DNA of 64,000 bases. It comes from Myxococcota bacterium (lineage in GTDB: Bacteria; Myxococcota_A; Polyangia; Polyangiales; Sandaracinaceae). The position numbers and the translations under genes are program-made. Shown here one piece after another: positions 49,210 through 58,873 of this stretch. Under the pieces are notes generated by a model. The model made no database searches. It was not told the origin of the DNA and worked only from the letters and a program-made list of their open reading frames with translations. Position 1 is the stretch's first letter. Every line of letters begins with the position of its first letter. The stretch is from NCBI GenBank assembly GCA_036149055.1, contig JAYZQJ010000009.1:1-64000 (forward strand), given 5' to 3'.

Positions 49210-49701
49210 TCAGCCGGAGCTCGCGAGTCGCTGAAGCTGACGCTCCACCTCCACCCACGGCAGCCGTCGCCCGCTCGCCTTCATCTTCGCGTAGGCCGTC
49301 CGGAGCTGCGGCGTGCTGACCACCCCGGCGCGGACGAGGCGCTCGGCGACCCACAGGGTTCCGTGGACTTCGACGCCCTCGGCCCGTGCCGCGCTCCTCA
49401 GGCTGCGATCGCCCGTGAGCAGCGGGCAGCTCTCCTGCTCCGCGGCGGCCAGGGCGGCGAGGTCCAGTCGACTCGGTTTGCGATATTTTGCGGCGAGCTC
49501 GACCGCGCGGGCGATGGTCCCGGCGGAGAGCTCGACGAGGACGAGGCCGTGGTCGAGGAGGTGAGCGTGCTCGTCTCTCAGCTCATCCTCGAACAGCAGG
49601 TCTGGAACGCCCACGGATTCGGGGAGACGAAACAGCGCCTGCAGCAGGCCGCCATCCTCGAAGTCGATGAAGATGTTCGTGTCACTGATGAGCAGCGCCA
49701 C
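49210..49701 (-). CDS. PIN-domain protein (putative toxin)
   Basis: ISDTNIFID, D..AL..A, LLTGD..LR..A..EGVEVHGTLW. Confidence 0.85.
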   Translation of the reverse strand: MALLISDTNIFIDFEDGGLLQALFRLPESVGVPDLLFEDELRDEHAHLLDHGLVLVELSAGTIARAVELAAKYRKPSRLDLAALAAAEQESCPLLTGDRSLRSAARAEGVEVHGTLWVAERLVRAGVVSTPQLRTAYAKMKASGRRLPWVEVERQLQRLASSG

Positions 49702-50749
49702 GCGGGCCCTCGAAGCCTAGGCGACGACGGAACGCGGTGACGGGCATACCCATCAGCTCCGCGGCCTTGCTCGTCGAGATCAGCTCCTCGGCGAGAGCGT
49801 GGAGCACCAGCCGCTCGAACAGCTTCGGTGTCTCGGGCGGGACTGGCTCGCCGGGCTCTCGCTTGCGCCATCCCTTCGCCGAGAAGAGCCGGAAGAGCTT
49901 CGTCTTGGTCGCGCCGGTGATGACGGAGGCGTCGGCGGCGCGGAACACCCACGCCATCATGCTCACCCCATACTCGTGCTTCAGCGCGTGCAGCTCGCGG
50001 GGCTCGAGACGGTTGCGGTGCGACCCGAGCTCGTGGCGCACGGTCGGCTCCGGCACGAGGAAGGCGCCCGCGAAGCGATCGCACGCCTTCTCCTCGTCCA
50101 GGTCCGGGCCCAGCCGAGCGCCGAGCACGAGATGTCCCAGCTCGTGCGCCATCGTGAAGCGCTGTCGATCGCCGGGCCACGCGGAGCCGACGACCACCAC
50201 GGGCAAGTCGCCGACCCTCGCCGCGAGCCCGTCGAACTTGGCCGAGGCGTCGGCGTCGGTGGTGAGCACCACCAGCCCGCGCTCCTCGAGGGTGTCGGCG
50301 AGGGAGGGGATGGCGTTGTGACCGAGATGCCAGGCCTCGCGCATGGCGAGCGCCGCGGCCTCGATCTGCGCGAGGCTCTCGATGCGCCGCGGCACCGTGC
50401 TCGGAACCTCGAAGCGCGCGACCGGCGGCGTCGGGAAGAGCGCCACGAGCTCCACGAATCGCTCGACCTGATCGAGAATGTCGGCCTCGATCCGAGCCAG
50501 CTGCTTCTTCGAGATCGACGCGCGCTTTCGATACTCGGGCTCTTCGAGCTCGACGGTGGTCGGGCGGAGAAAGAACTCGGTCCGCGTGCCGAGCGCACGC
50601 GCCAGGCGGATCAGGCTCTTGGAGGACGGGTGGGCGAGCCCGCGCTCGAACTTCGAGATCGCCATCGCGCTCAGCTCCGCCCGATCGGCGAGCTCTCGCT
50701 GCGAGAGCCCCGCGGCGGCGCGCGCCCGTTTGATTCGTTCGCCCATCAT
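49682..50749 (-). CDS. XRE-HTH plus ImmA/IrrE metallopeptidase
   Basis: GLSQRELA..ISKFERG HTH; RQRFTMAHELGH; E..CDRFAGAFL.P. Confidence 0.92.
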   Translation of the reverse strand: MMGERIKRARAAAGLSQRELADRAELSAMAISKFERGLAHPSSKSLIRLARALGTRTEFFLRPTTVELEEPEYRKRASISKKQLARIEADILDQVERFVELVALFPTPPVARFEVPSTVPRRIESLAQIEAAALAMREAWHLGHNAIPSLADTLEERGLVVLTTDADASAKFDGLAARVGDLPVVVVGSAWPGDRQRFTMAHELGHLVLGARLGPDLDEEKACDRFAGAFLVPEPTVRHELGSHRNRLEPRELHALKHEYGVSMMAWVFRAADASVITGATKTKLFRLFSAKGWRKREPGEPVPPETPKLFERLVLHALAEELISTSKAAELMGMPVTAFRRRLGFEGPRGAAHQ

Positions 50750-50804
50750 CGGTTTACAGATTCCCAGGGAGGTCCCTTCAACGTAAACCAGCGCTGGCCG
50801 GGGC

Positions 50805-51377
50805 TCAATCGCTGGGCGACCCTTGGCGGTCCGCCGTCGCCCGAGCGCGGGCGAGGGCCTCGTCCAGGTCGACGACCAGCGCGTCGACGTCCTGCGAGGC
50901 GCCGGTCGCCAGCAGGTGGTGGGCGTACCCGTCGGTTTGGAGCACCGCCGATTCGGACTCGGACCGGGTCTTCACCAGCCGCGCGACGTCGAGCCGACAG
51001 GAGAGGCGCGACCCGAGCACCCGGTCTTTGTAGACCACCTTCTTCGGCCCGATGCGCAGGCGCTCCTCCGCGAGGGGCCACTGCATCACGACGATCGCGA
51101 TCAGCATGCCGACCGGGAGGAGGACCCGGAGGCCGACCATCGAGCCCAGGCAGACGGCGGCCAGCGCGACCGGGAACACGAGCAGGAGCCCCCAGCCGCT
51201 CGCGACGCGGGCGCGGCGATACTCCGTGGTCGCGCCGTCCGTCCGGAGCCTCCGCCACCCGGTCCGCGCGCTCTCGCCGGGCGGCGCACGGAGCGGTCCC
51301 GCGGCCGACGTCATCGTCGCCACCACTCCGCGCCGCGCCTGCTCCGGCTCCACGCCGGTTGGGATATCGGCGGACAT
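50805..51377 (-). CDS. Hypothetical membrane protein
   Basis: Two TM segments followed by a PH-like soluble region. Confidence 0.5.
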   Translation of the reverse strand: MSADIPTGVEPEQARRGVVATMTSAAGPLRAPPGESARTGWRRLRTDGATTEYRRARVASGWGLLLVFPVALAAVCLGSMVGLRVLLPVGMLIAIVVMQWPLAEERLRIGPKKVVYKDRVLGSRLSCRLDVARLVKTRSESESAVLQTDGYAHHLLATGASQDVDALVVDLDEALARARATADRQGSPSD

Positions 51378-51420
51378 CAGGGGAACTACATTCCTCCGGC
51401 CATCGAGGCCACGCCGGCTC

Positions 51421-51467
51421 GGGGGGGACGGAGTGAACTTGTGAACTTACGTAGTCCGAACGACTAC
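51421..51467 (+). repeat. Dispersed ~46-bp site, copy 5
   Basis: GGGGGGGACGGAGTGAACTTGTGAACTTACGTAGTCCGAACGACTAC; perfect GTAGTC/GACTAC hairpin. Confidence 0.95.
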
Positions 51468-51477
51468 AGCCCCGCGC

Positions 51478-52149
51478 TCACTTGATCACCAGGCCCAGCG
51501 AGCGCAGGCGCGCGGTCTCCATCGCGTAGAGGTGGTCGCTCACCGGATGATCCTCGGCGGGCGTCCACTCGACCTCGAGGGAGAGCAGCAGGTCGTTCGC
51601 CGCGAGCACCGGCTCGGGCACCGGGCGTGCGTAGGCGGTCAGCGCGGGCGGCCCGAGCTCCCCGGGGTGGGCGGCCCGCGGTTGGATCGGCGCGCCGCGG
51701 GCGGCGGCTTCGTGTTCCTCGCGGGGGCGCCCGGGCCACATGCTCGACACGCTCGCGCAGACCCAGCCCGGCGCCTCGCTCACGCACACCGTCGTGCCGG
51801 GGCTGTCCACGTCGCTCGGGACCACATCGACCAGCGGCGGCGCGGAAAGCAGCCGGAGCCCGAGGAACCGGGCGTGGAGCGCCTCGGCGTCCGGAACCCG
51901 CCCGGCCTGGAGCGCGCCGGCAGAGCAACGATACACCCGGCCGTCCGCGAGCAAGAGGAGCAGCGGGCAGCGCTCTCCGCCCGAGGTCGCCACCACCAGC
52001 GGCCGCGGCGAGGGCGGCGGCTCCGGCACCGTGAACGCCGCGTTCTGGGCCGGCGGCTCCCAATCGAGGTTCGGGACCGGGGGCTCCTTCATCACCGAAG
52101 GCGAGCCCGGTTGGCAGGCCGTCGCGAGGAGCAACGCGAGCGCCGACAT
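51478..52149 (-). CDS. Hypothetical lipoprotein
   Basis: Lipobox ATAC; stop codon 10 bp from site copy 5; start uncertain. Confidence 0.5.
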   Translation of the reverse strand: MSALALLLATACQPGSPSVMKEPPVPNLDWEPPAQNAAFTVPEPPPSPRPLVVATSGGERCPLLLLLADGRVYRCSAGALQAGRVPDAEALHARFLGLRLLSAPPLVDVVPSDVDSPGTTVCVSEAPGWVCASVSSMWPGRPREEHEAAARGAPIQPRAAHPGELGPPALTAYARPVPEPVLAANDLLLSLEVEWTPAEDHPVSDHLYAMETARLRSLGLVIK

Positions 52150-52520
52150 TCGATGCGTCACGTGCGATCGCCCGCCTCGCCACGCTCGGGGTCGAGGGGC
52201 GCCGGCGCGCTCGTGGGCACTCGTCGAGCGACCCCTGTCGGTTGGCGCTGTGAAGAGTTGGACCCACTGAAGCATCGGCATCGCTCTGCTGACGGTCGGC
52301 TATGGCGCCCGGTGTTGGAAGGGAAGTCTCGCGGTCACGGAGAGCGACGAGATGCCTGCGCGCGTGCGGCCGACGATCAATCTCCGCAGTATCAGGGCAC
52401 GGTCGCCTATCGGTCCCTCTGCGTCGACCACTGAAGGGAGAGAGAACGAGAACCGAGCCCCGACCGCGCTGTCGGACGGGCGTGGCTGCCACCCGTCGAC
52501 GCGCCGAGCTCGGTCTCACG

Positions 52521-53249
52521 ATGCTGGCGCTCGCGCTCTACGCCGGTATCGGAGCGCAGTGGGCCGTGGCCCAGCGGCCGTGGGGCTCCTACACCTGGGC
52601 GCCTGCGCTGCCGATCTGGGTCGCGGGCATCCTCCCCTGGCTGATCCTCGGGTGGCTCGCGCTGCGGCGACATCGCCACGCGCCGTGGCTCGCGCTGGGG
52701 GCCTGTGCCGCGTCGTTGCCCTGCGGCGTGTCCCGCTGCCCCACCTTCTTCTGGGCCCCGCTCTACGGCGGGCCCGCGCTGCACCGCCTCGCGCTCTTCG
52801 CCCCCGTCTTGGCCGCGCTCTCGCTGGTCGCCGCGGAGCGGCTCCGCCGTGAGCGCGTGCACTGGCGGGGGCGGGTCTCGCGCGTCGCCTGCGGCGCGCT
52901 CCTGGTGTGGACCCCGCTGTACCTCTACCTCGCGGTGCACGGCTTCTTCTGGGGCGAGAGCTGGTGGCACGCGCCGGGCGCGTTGCCGGCGCTCCTCCCG
53001 GTCGTCGTCGGGCTGACGGGGATGCTCCGCGACAGGACGTGGAGCCTCGCCGTGATGGCCGCCGCGGTGCCGCTCGCGCTCCTCGTCGTCGCGCCGGAGG
53101 CTCGCCCCTCGTGCACCGGTCCGCTCGGTCACCCCTTCGCGTGCGGCTGGGGGCGAGAGCTCGTCGCGGGGGGCGCGGCCCTCGCCGTCGCGCCGTGGCT
53201 CCGCCCCGCGTGGCGAGCCTGGAGACGGCCGCTCAACCGGCGAGCGTGA
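52521..53249 (+). CDS. Hypothetical polytopic membrane protein
   Basis: Many hydrophobic Trp-rich segments; true start may be further upstream (ORF open from 52302). Confidence 0.55.
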   Translation: MLALALYAGIGAQWAVAQRPWGSYTWAPALPIWVAGILPWLILGWLALRRHRHAPWLALGACAASLPCGVSRCPTFFWAPLYGGPALHRLALFAPVLAALSLVAAERLRRERVHWRGRVSRVACGALLVWTPLYLYLAVHGFFWGESWWHAPGALPALLPVVVGLTGMLRDRTWSLAVMAAAVPLALLVVAPEARPSCTGPLGHPFACGWGRELVAGGAALAVAPWLRPAWRAWRRPLNRRA

Positions 53250-53607
53250 AGACCGGCAGATAGAACGCGAAGAGCGCCGCCCCCGTGTTGCCGACGAGCA
53301 GCGCCACGCCGATCGCCACGAACCACAGCAGCCCTCGCGGCTCGGCCCGGCTGCTGGAGAGCGCGGCGAGCCCCACCACTCCCGCCGCGAGCGCCGGGAA
53401 GATGAAGTACGGCCACGCGCCGTACACCCACGCGCGGGTCCACATCGGGAGCGCGTCTCGTCCGCCGAAGTCATCGAACATGGCGCCGAACGCGGGCGCC
53501 GCGCCGAGCCGGAGCGTCAGCGACTCGAGCCCGACCGCGACGAAGAACACGAGCGACACGACGACCGCGGACCTCGGAGAAACACGGTGATCTCGGCTCG
53601 CCGTCAC
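53233..53607 (-). CDS. Small membrane protein resembling PilC/GspF TM segments
   Basis: PAFGAMFDDFGG..ALP..T and C-terminal AFYLPVFTL. Confidence 0.55.
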   Translation of the reverse strand: MTASRDHRVSPRSAVVVSLVFFVAVGLESLTLRLGAAPAFGAMFDDFGGRDALPMWTRAWVYGAWPYFIFPALAAGVVGLAALSSSRAEPRGLLWFVAIGVALLVGNTGAALFAFYLPVFTLAG

Positions 53608-53647
53608 GGCCGCAGTCTACAGCGCGCCGGTGCTGTACGGTCTCGGC

Positions 53648-53944
53648 ATGAAGCGAGACCCCATGCCCCTCGAGCCCCCGCCCGCCGTCGACACTGCCGA
53701 GTGGGCCGCCGAGCTGGTCCGCCTGTGGGCCGCCGAGGGGCGGCTGCACACGGCGATTCGCTGGGACTACTTCGCGGAGGCAGGCCACTGGGGCGTCGCG
53801 CTCGTCGACTTCGCGCGACACGTCGCCAGGGCGTACGCAGAGGGAGCCGGCCGCGACCCCGGCGTGGTGATGCAGGAGATTCGCGACGCGTTCGACGCCG
53901 AGTGGGAGAGACCGACGGATCTCGGCACCGGCGGGCTTCGATAG
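53648..53944 (+). CDS. DUF5076-like protein
   Basis: ELVRLWAA..LH..., WGVALVDFARHVARAY, EI...FDAE...PTD. Confidence 0.75.
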   Translation: MKRDPMPLEPPPAVDTAEWAAELVRLWAAEGRLHTAIRWDYFAEAGHWGVALVDFARHVARAYAEGAGRDPGVVMQEIRDAFDAEWERPTDLGTGGLR

Positions 53945-54028
53945 TCGCGGCGGCTCGAAAAATCGCTCTCGAGAACGCTCGCCGAGCGCCGTCGCCCGCG
54001 AAACGCCGACGACAGCGTCCTGGACGGG

Positions 54029-54270
54029 TGGCCTGACAGAATGTCGTGGCCGGCGGCGGTTTTTGCGACGGCGGCTTCGCAGATTGAGACGCCATCTCAA
54101 CTGCGACGGAAAAACTGACAGAATGTCAAACGGTCGACGATTTCCGCGGAGAAACTCACGCGGATCTCGAACTTCAGCCTTCGGGACGCACGGACTGACA
54201 AAAAGGCGAACCCTCAGACATCTGCGGGCGTGGACTCACGCAGAACGTTGCCGGAACAGATCTGGCGCAG
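54029..54270 (+). repeat. Degenerate ~40/80-bp periodic intergenic repeat
   Basis: CTGACA(G/A)AA at 54033, 54115, 54195; ACTCACGC at 54154, 54234. Confidence 0.55.
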
Positions 54271-54429
54271 AACCAGCCTGTCCGGACGGCGGCAACGGAC
54301 TCGAGCAGCGCCCCGCGCTCCACCGAGGCCCCCGACATCGTCACGCGAGGGGAGCCCCGACCGCGAACGTCGGCTAGCGTTGGGGCGCGGGCACTGGCCG
54401 ATTCAGCTCGCCGCTCCATACCGGAACCC

Positions 54430-56133
54430 ATGACCCGTCACGCTGCCACTGCCTCTCCGCTCGGATCGGCGCTCGAGCACCTCGCCGAGCAGGCCGACTA
54501 CTCTCTGCTGGAGTCGCTGAACGCGGATCCGGACTCCACGGACAGCGGGGAGGACCACGCTCCGAGGCAGGTCTTCTCGGGGCACTACGTGCCGGTCGCG
54601 CCGACGCCCATCGGCGACCCCGAGTACGTCGCACACAGCCCCACGCTGTTCGCCGAGCTCGGGCTCGCAGACGAGCTGGCCCGCCGCGACGACTTCATGC
54701 GCTTCTTCTCGGGGGACCTGTCCGCGGCCCCCGCGCCGCTCCGGCGTCACGGGTGGGCGACCGGCTACGCGCTGTCCATCTACGGGCGCGAGTACACCCA
54801 GCAGTGCCCGTTCGGGACCGGCAACGGCTATGGCGACGGGCGCGCGCTCTCGGTGCTCGAGGGTCGCTTCCGCGGGCGGCGCTGGGAGATGCAGCTCAAG
54901 GGCGCGGGGCGCACGCCGTATTGCAGGGGCGGCGACGGGCGGGCCGTGCTGCGGTCCAGCGTCCGGGAGTTCCTCGCGCAGGAGCACATGCACGCCCTGG
55001 GCGTGCCGACGTCGCGCTCGCTGAGCCTGTACGTCTCCCGGTCCGAGAAGGTCCGGCGACCCTGGTACGCCGAGAGCTCGTCGTCCGTCGACCCCGACCG
55101 GTGGGTCCTCGAGCCGGTCGCGATCTCCACCCGCGTCGCGCCGTCGTTCCTCCGGGTGGGTCAGCTCGAGCTGTTCGCCCGGCGCGCTCGCGAGCGGGCG
55201 CACGCTGCGGCCGTGGAGGAGCTGGAGCTGTTGCTGAGGCACATCGTCGAGCGCGAGTACCGGCCGGAGATCCCGGCGGACCTCGAGCTGGCGGCGCAGC
55301 TGGTCGGGCTCGCGCGAGCGTTCCGCGGGCGCCTGATCTCGCTGGTCGCCCACTGGATCCGCGTCGGGTACTGCCAGGGCAACTTCAACAGCGACAACAC
55401 GGCGCTCGGCGGGTTCACGCTCGACTACGGTCCCTTCGGGTTCATGGAGCTGTTCGACCCGGAGTACCAGCCGTGGACCGGAGGGGGCTGGCACTTCTCC
55501 TTCTTCAACCAGCCGGCCGCCGCGCAAAAGAACTTCGAGACGTTCTGTGCGGCCCTGCGGACGTGGCCCGGCTTCGACGAGGCCCAGCTCGGGGAGCTCG
55601 ACGAGATTCGACGCGGCTTCGCCGACGCGATGGCGGAGGAGCTCGCTCGCATGTGGGCGAGCAAGCTGGGGCTGACGTCGGCCGAGCCCGGGCTGGTGCG
55701 ACGGCTGTTCGCGCTCATGCAGCAGACGGGCGTCGACTACACGATCTTCTTCCGCGCGCTCTCCGAGCTGCCCGACACCCTCGAGCCGCTGCGAGCGAGC
55801 TTCTACCCGGCGGAGGTGCGGGAAGGCGATCCGGTCGACGAGGCCGCCTGGGTCGCCTGGCTCGACGACTGGCGCGCGGCCGTGCGAAGCGAAGCGCGTG
55901 AGCGCGCCGAGATCATCGCCGGGATGAAGGCGGTCAACCCGAAGCTCATCCTGCGAGAGTGGCAGCTCGTGCCCGCGTACCAGCGCGCGGCGAGCGGCGA
56001 CTACGACGGCGTCCGCAGCCTGCAGCGAGCCATGACGCAGCCCTACGCAGACCAGGACAGCCCCTTCGACGCGCTCAAGCCGTCGAGCGCGTTCGGCACG
56101 GGCGGCGTCTCGCACATGAGCTGCTCGTCGTGA
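54430..56133 (+). CDS. selO: Protein adenylyltransferase SelO/YdiU family
   Basis: [54 protein letters not shown]-terminal SCSS. Confidence 0.93.
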   Translation: MTRHAATASPLGSALEHLAEQADYSLLESLNADPDSTDSGEDHAPRQVFSGHYVPVAPTPIGDPEYVAHSPTLFAELGLADELARRDDFMRFFSGDLSAAPAPLRRHGWATGYALSIYGREYTQQCPFGTGNGYGDGRALSVLEGRFRGRRWEMQLKGAGRTPYCRGGDGRAVLRSSVREFLAQEHMHALGVPTSRSLSLYVSRSEKVRRPWYAESSSSVDPDRWVLEPVAISTRVAPSFLRVGQLELFARRARERAHAAAVEELELLLRHIVEREYRPEIPADLELAAQLVGLARAFRGRLISLVAHWIRVGYCQGNFNSDNTALGGFTLDYGPFGFMELFDPEYQPWTGGGWHFSFFNQPAAAQKNFETFCAALRTWPGFDEAQLGELDEIRRGFADAMAEELARMWASKLGLTSAEPGLVRRLFALMQQTGVDYTIFFRALSELPDTLEPLRASFYPAEVREGDPVDEAAWVAWLDDWRAAVRSEARERAEIIAGMKAVNPKLILREWQLVPAYQRAASGDYDGVRSLQRAMTQPYADQDSPFDALKPSSAFGTGGVSHMSCSS

Positions 56134-56182
56134 TCGGGCTCGCTCGCGACGTCGGCGCTCGGATGGCGCGCTCTCTCGGGCG

Positions 56183-56659
56183 ATGCTGAGCCTCGACGAG
56201 GCGCGAGCGATCGCGGACGCGTACGCAGCGCGTACCGGCGCGGCGTGGTTCGAGCCTGGCTTGTCGGAGCGGGAGCGTTACTGGGTCGCCCGCGTCGGCT
56301 TCATCGGGTCGATGGGGATCGTGATCGACAAGGCCGACGGGAAGCTCACCGTCCTCGGCTCCGCCTTCCGACTGCAAGACTGGCTCTGGGCGTACGAGAG
56401 CGGGTTCCTCGAACGCGATGCGACCCTGCGGGTCCTCGCGGTCCACGACGAAGAGAAGGCCGTCGAGCTGCTCCGCCAGGTCACCCCCGAAGGTCCCCCC
56501 GCGACCCGCAACCCCTGGCCCCGCCGATCCTGGGTCCGCGAGCGCCTCTCCGACCTGCCCGCCGAGCTCGAGTGGAGCTTCCACGTCGCGATGTTGCCCC
56601 TCCTGCGCCAGGCCATCGCCGAGCGGTGGCTGGAGCTCGAGGTGGTCGCGCCGGAGTAG
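56183..56659 (+). CDS. YrhB/Imm35-like immunity protein
   Basis: M.SLDEAR.IA..Y, G.MGIVIDKADGKL..LGS. Confidence 0.5.
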   Translation: MLSLDEARAIADAYAARTGAAWFEPGLSERERYWVARVGFIGSMGIVIDKADGKLTVLGSAFRLQDWLWAYESGFLERDATLRVLAVHDEEKAVELLRQVTPEGPPATRNPWPRRSWVRERLSDLPAELEWSFHVAMLPLLRQAIAERWLELEVVAPE

Positions 56660-56761
56660 GCGCGGGGGAGGTCGCCTCCCGCTCGGAGCTCGGCTGCGAT
56701 TTGGAAGCCTGAGGGGAACCGATCGGGGGTCGGAGAGCCCGTGGTGCTGCATAGTCTCGAC

Positions 56762-57454
56762 ATGAGCTTCGACCTGATCGTCCTGGACTCGCCTCAGCCT
56801 CTCGACGCGCGGAGAGCGGCTGAGGTGTACGAGCGCACCGTCGATGGCGAGGCAGAGGAGCTGCGGACCGACCGGGGTCGGACGAAGGCCATCGTGGAGG
56901 CTCTCCTCGCGCGGCACACCAACCTCGCAGCTGAAGCCGAGGAGGGCGAGAGCCCTTTCGCGAGCACCTTGCCCCTCGACCCCCGCCCCGACCTGGTCGA
57001 GGTGACGATGTCGTGGGGGAGATACGCTGCGGTCTCCGCCGACGTCGTCGCGCTCGCGCTGACCCACGAGCTGACGGTCTACGACCCCCAGGCCTTCATC
57101 ACCTACGCGCCCGTCACGCTCTCGGGGCCGTCACGGGCGACCGTCGAGTCGCCCTGGCTGCTCGAGACGGTTCACGCACACCAGCCGCTCATCGGGGATC
57201 TCGTCGCCAGGCTCGCCCGAGAGGCGCGCAACCCGTTCTGCATCGTGTCGATCGGTGACTCGTTCATGCAGACGATCAACGCGAACAACGGCGACGCCTC
57301 GCGCCCGCTGCGGATCGAACACCGCCTCGACGACGGGGAGCACATGCACCTGGCCGACCCCGTGGAGGCGGAGACGGTGACCCACGCCCTCGTCTCCTTC
57401 GCGGCGGGGGACGACGCCTGGCGAAGGCTGCCCTGGGAACCGCTGCTGCTCTGA
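56762..57454 (+). CDS. Hypothetical protein
   Basis: MSFDLIV N-terminus, LA..H.L.VYDPQ, C-terminal W.RLPW. Confidence 0.6.
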   Translation: MSFDLIVLDSPQPLDARRAAEVYERTVDGEAEELRTDRGRTKAIVEALLARHTNLAAEAEEGESPFASTLPLDPRPDLVEVTMSWGRYAAVSADVVALALTHELTVYDPQAFITYAPVTLSGPSRATVESPWLLETVHAHQPLIGDLVARLAREARNPFCIVSIGDSFMQTINANNGDASRPLRIEHRLDDGEHMHLADPVEAETVTHALVSFAAGDDAWRRLPWEPLLL

Positions 57455-57549
57455 CGAGGCGTCCCGTTCGCTCGCGTATCCCCGCTGTCGCGCGGCTACC
57501 TCCTGCGGTCATCCGCGGAGCACGAACGGGAGCTGGCCGGGTTCACGTG

Positions 57550-58125
57550 TCAGTCTCCCCGTGCCTGGAAGCTGGTGGTCGCCAGCCTCAACCGCCGCTG
57601 AAACTCCTCGTTGAACGTCGCATAGCCTCTTCGATCTTCGGAGTCCGTGATCCGCTTGGGAGCTCCGGCGAAGAGGGACCAGACCGCGCTCGCGAACTCG
57701 GCGACGGCCTCCCGATACTGCTCGACCGGGATCGTCGCGTTCACGCTGCGCGCCCCGTCGAGCGCGGGATGCCCCCGCAGGTCATGCAGACGAACCGAGT
57801 CGCGCTGGTGGGACACCGACCAGTCGATCCCACTCGGACAGCCCAGAACCAGCACGTCGGTCGATCCCTCGCTGGGCGCGATCAGGACGTGGCCGCAGCA
57901 GGGCAGCAGGTGGTCGCCCACCTGGTTCTCTGGCGAGTGGTTCTGCTCCAGCGTCCGCAACAGATAGAGCGCGGTGGCGCTCAGCGTGAACTCTCCATCG
58001 TCCGGCGAGACGAAAGGCTGCCCATCCACCCGAACGAACACGCGGCCGTGCGAACAGAGGTCCTGCTCGGGGTCGACGTGCGCCAGCCAGTGATGCTCGG
58101 TGATGTCGATGGCGAAGGTGCCCAT
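57550..58125 (-). CDS. Hypothetical protein
   Basis: DLCSHG.V, SA.ALYLLRTL, LLPCCGH, GCP.GIDW.V.H. Confidence 0.65.
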   Translation of the reverse strand: MGTFAIDITEHHWLAHVDPEQDLCSHGRVFVRVDGQPFVSPDDGEFTLSATALYLLRTLEQNHSPENQVGDHLLPCCGHVLIAPSEGSTDVLVLGCPSGIDWSVSHQRDSVRLHDLRGHPALDGARSVNATIPVEQYREAVAEFASAVWSLFAGAPKRITDSEDRRGYATFNEEFQRRLRLATTSFQARGD

Positions 58126-58245
58126 CCGCTCGATCCTATCGGGACGCACGAGGGACGCGAGCGCCGAGACGGAAACGCCGTTGCACTCGACGGCGTACCG
58201 GGCGATCTCCTTGAACGAGCACCCGGCCCGAGGGAGCCTGTACGC

Positions 58246-58761
58246 GTGGCTTTCGCCCGACGAACCGGCGAGACGAAGGGCGGCACCTGCGGGTACTGCG
58301 GCGCGGCCGTCACGCTGGAAGCGGTCGAGACCCTCGACGGGCGCGCGGGTCTTCAGTGGGGGCCGTCGCCGCATCGCGCGCCATGCGGGGCTCACTGCCT
58401 GGCAGGCTCGGTGGCGCACGGCGAGACGGACGTCCACATCGACCCCTACGGCGAGTGCCCCCGCTGCGGCGCCAAGGCCGCCGAGGTTGCCTCCACCGTC
58501 GAGAACGCCGAGGGCACCGAGCGAATCGTCCTACAGCGCTACGTCGTCGGCCGCTACTCCGGGCGCTATCCGTTCGGAACGCCGTCAGCGCTCCCGGACG
58601 TTCGATGCGAGGCCCGCCTCGAATACTCCCAGGGGCTGTATCGCTACGAGGCCGAGCTGCTCTGGTTTCAGGAGAACTGGGCGCCTCCTTTGGACGAGGC
58701 GCTCTTGGCGTACCTCGCGAGAGCCTCCTGGTTCGATCTCTCCACCAAGTACGAGATCTGA
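58246..58761 (+). CDS. Hypothetical Zn-ribbon protein
   Basis: GGGAG RBS; CGYC, CGAHC and CPRC motifs. Confidence 0.5.
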   Translation: MAFARRTGETKGGTCGYCGAAVTLEAVETLDGRAGLQWGPSPHRAPCGAHCLAGSVAHGETDVHIDPYGECPRCGAKAAEVASTVENAEGTERIVLQRYVVGRYSGRYPFGTPSALPDVRCEARLEYSQGLYRYEAELLWFQENWAPPLDEALLAYLARASWFDLSTKYEI

Positions 58762-58873
58762 CGCGGCTCAGGCGCGGTCCACCCGGCGTCGTGATGCGTC
58801 GCGTTCTACGCTATCGTGCGGGCGCGATCGTTACTTGGGACGGTCGATCGAAGAGGGGCCCAGGCTCGGATCC

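Noticed and set aside
29642..51467. The 46-bp repeats as a CRISPR array or integron attC sites
   Set aside because: Spacing is 1.4-11 kb rather than 30-40 bp and no cas genes are present. The sites lack RYYYAAC...GTTRRRY ends and the long attC stem, and no intI is present.
56110..56200. Possible selenocysteine read-through in SelO (TGA stop)
   Set aside because: The C-terminus is MSCSS, with Cys at the redox position as in YdiU-type bacterial proteins, so TGA is simply the stop.
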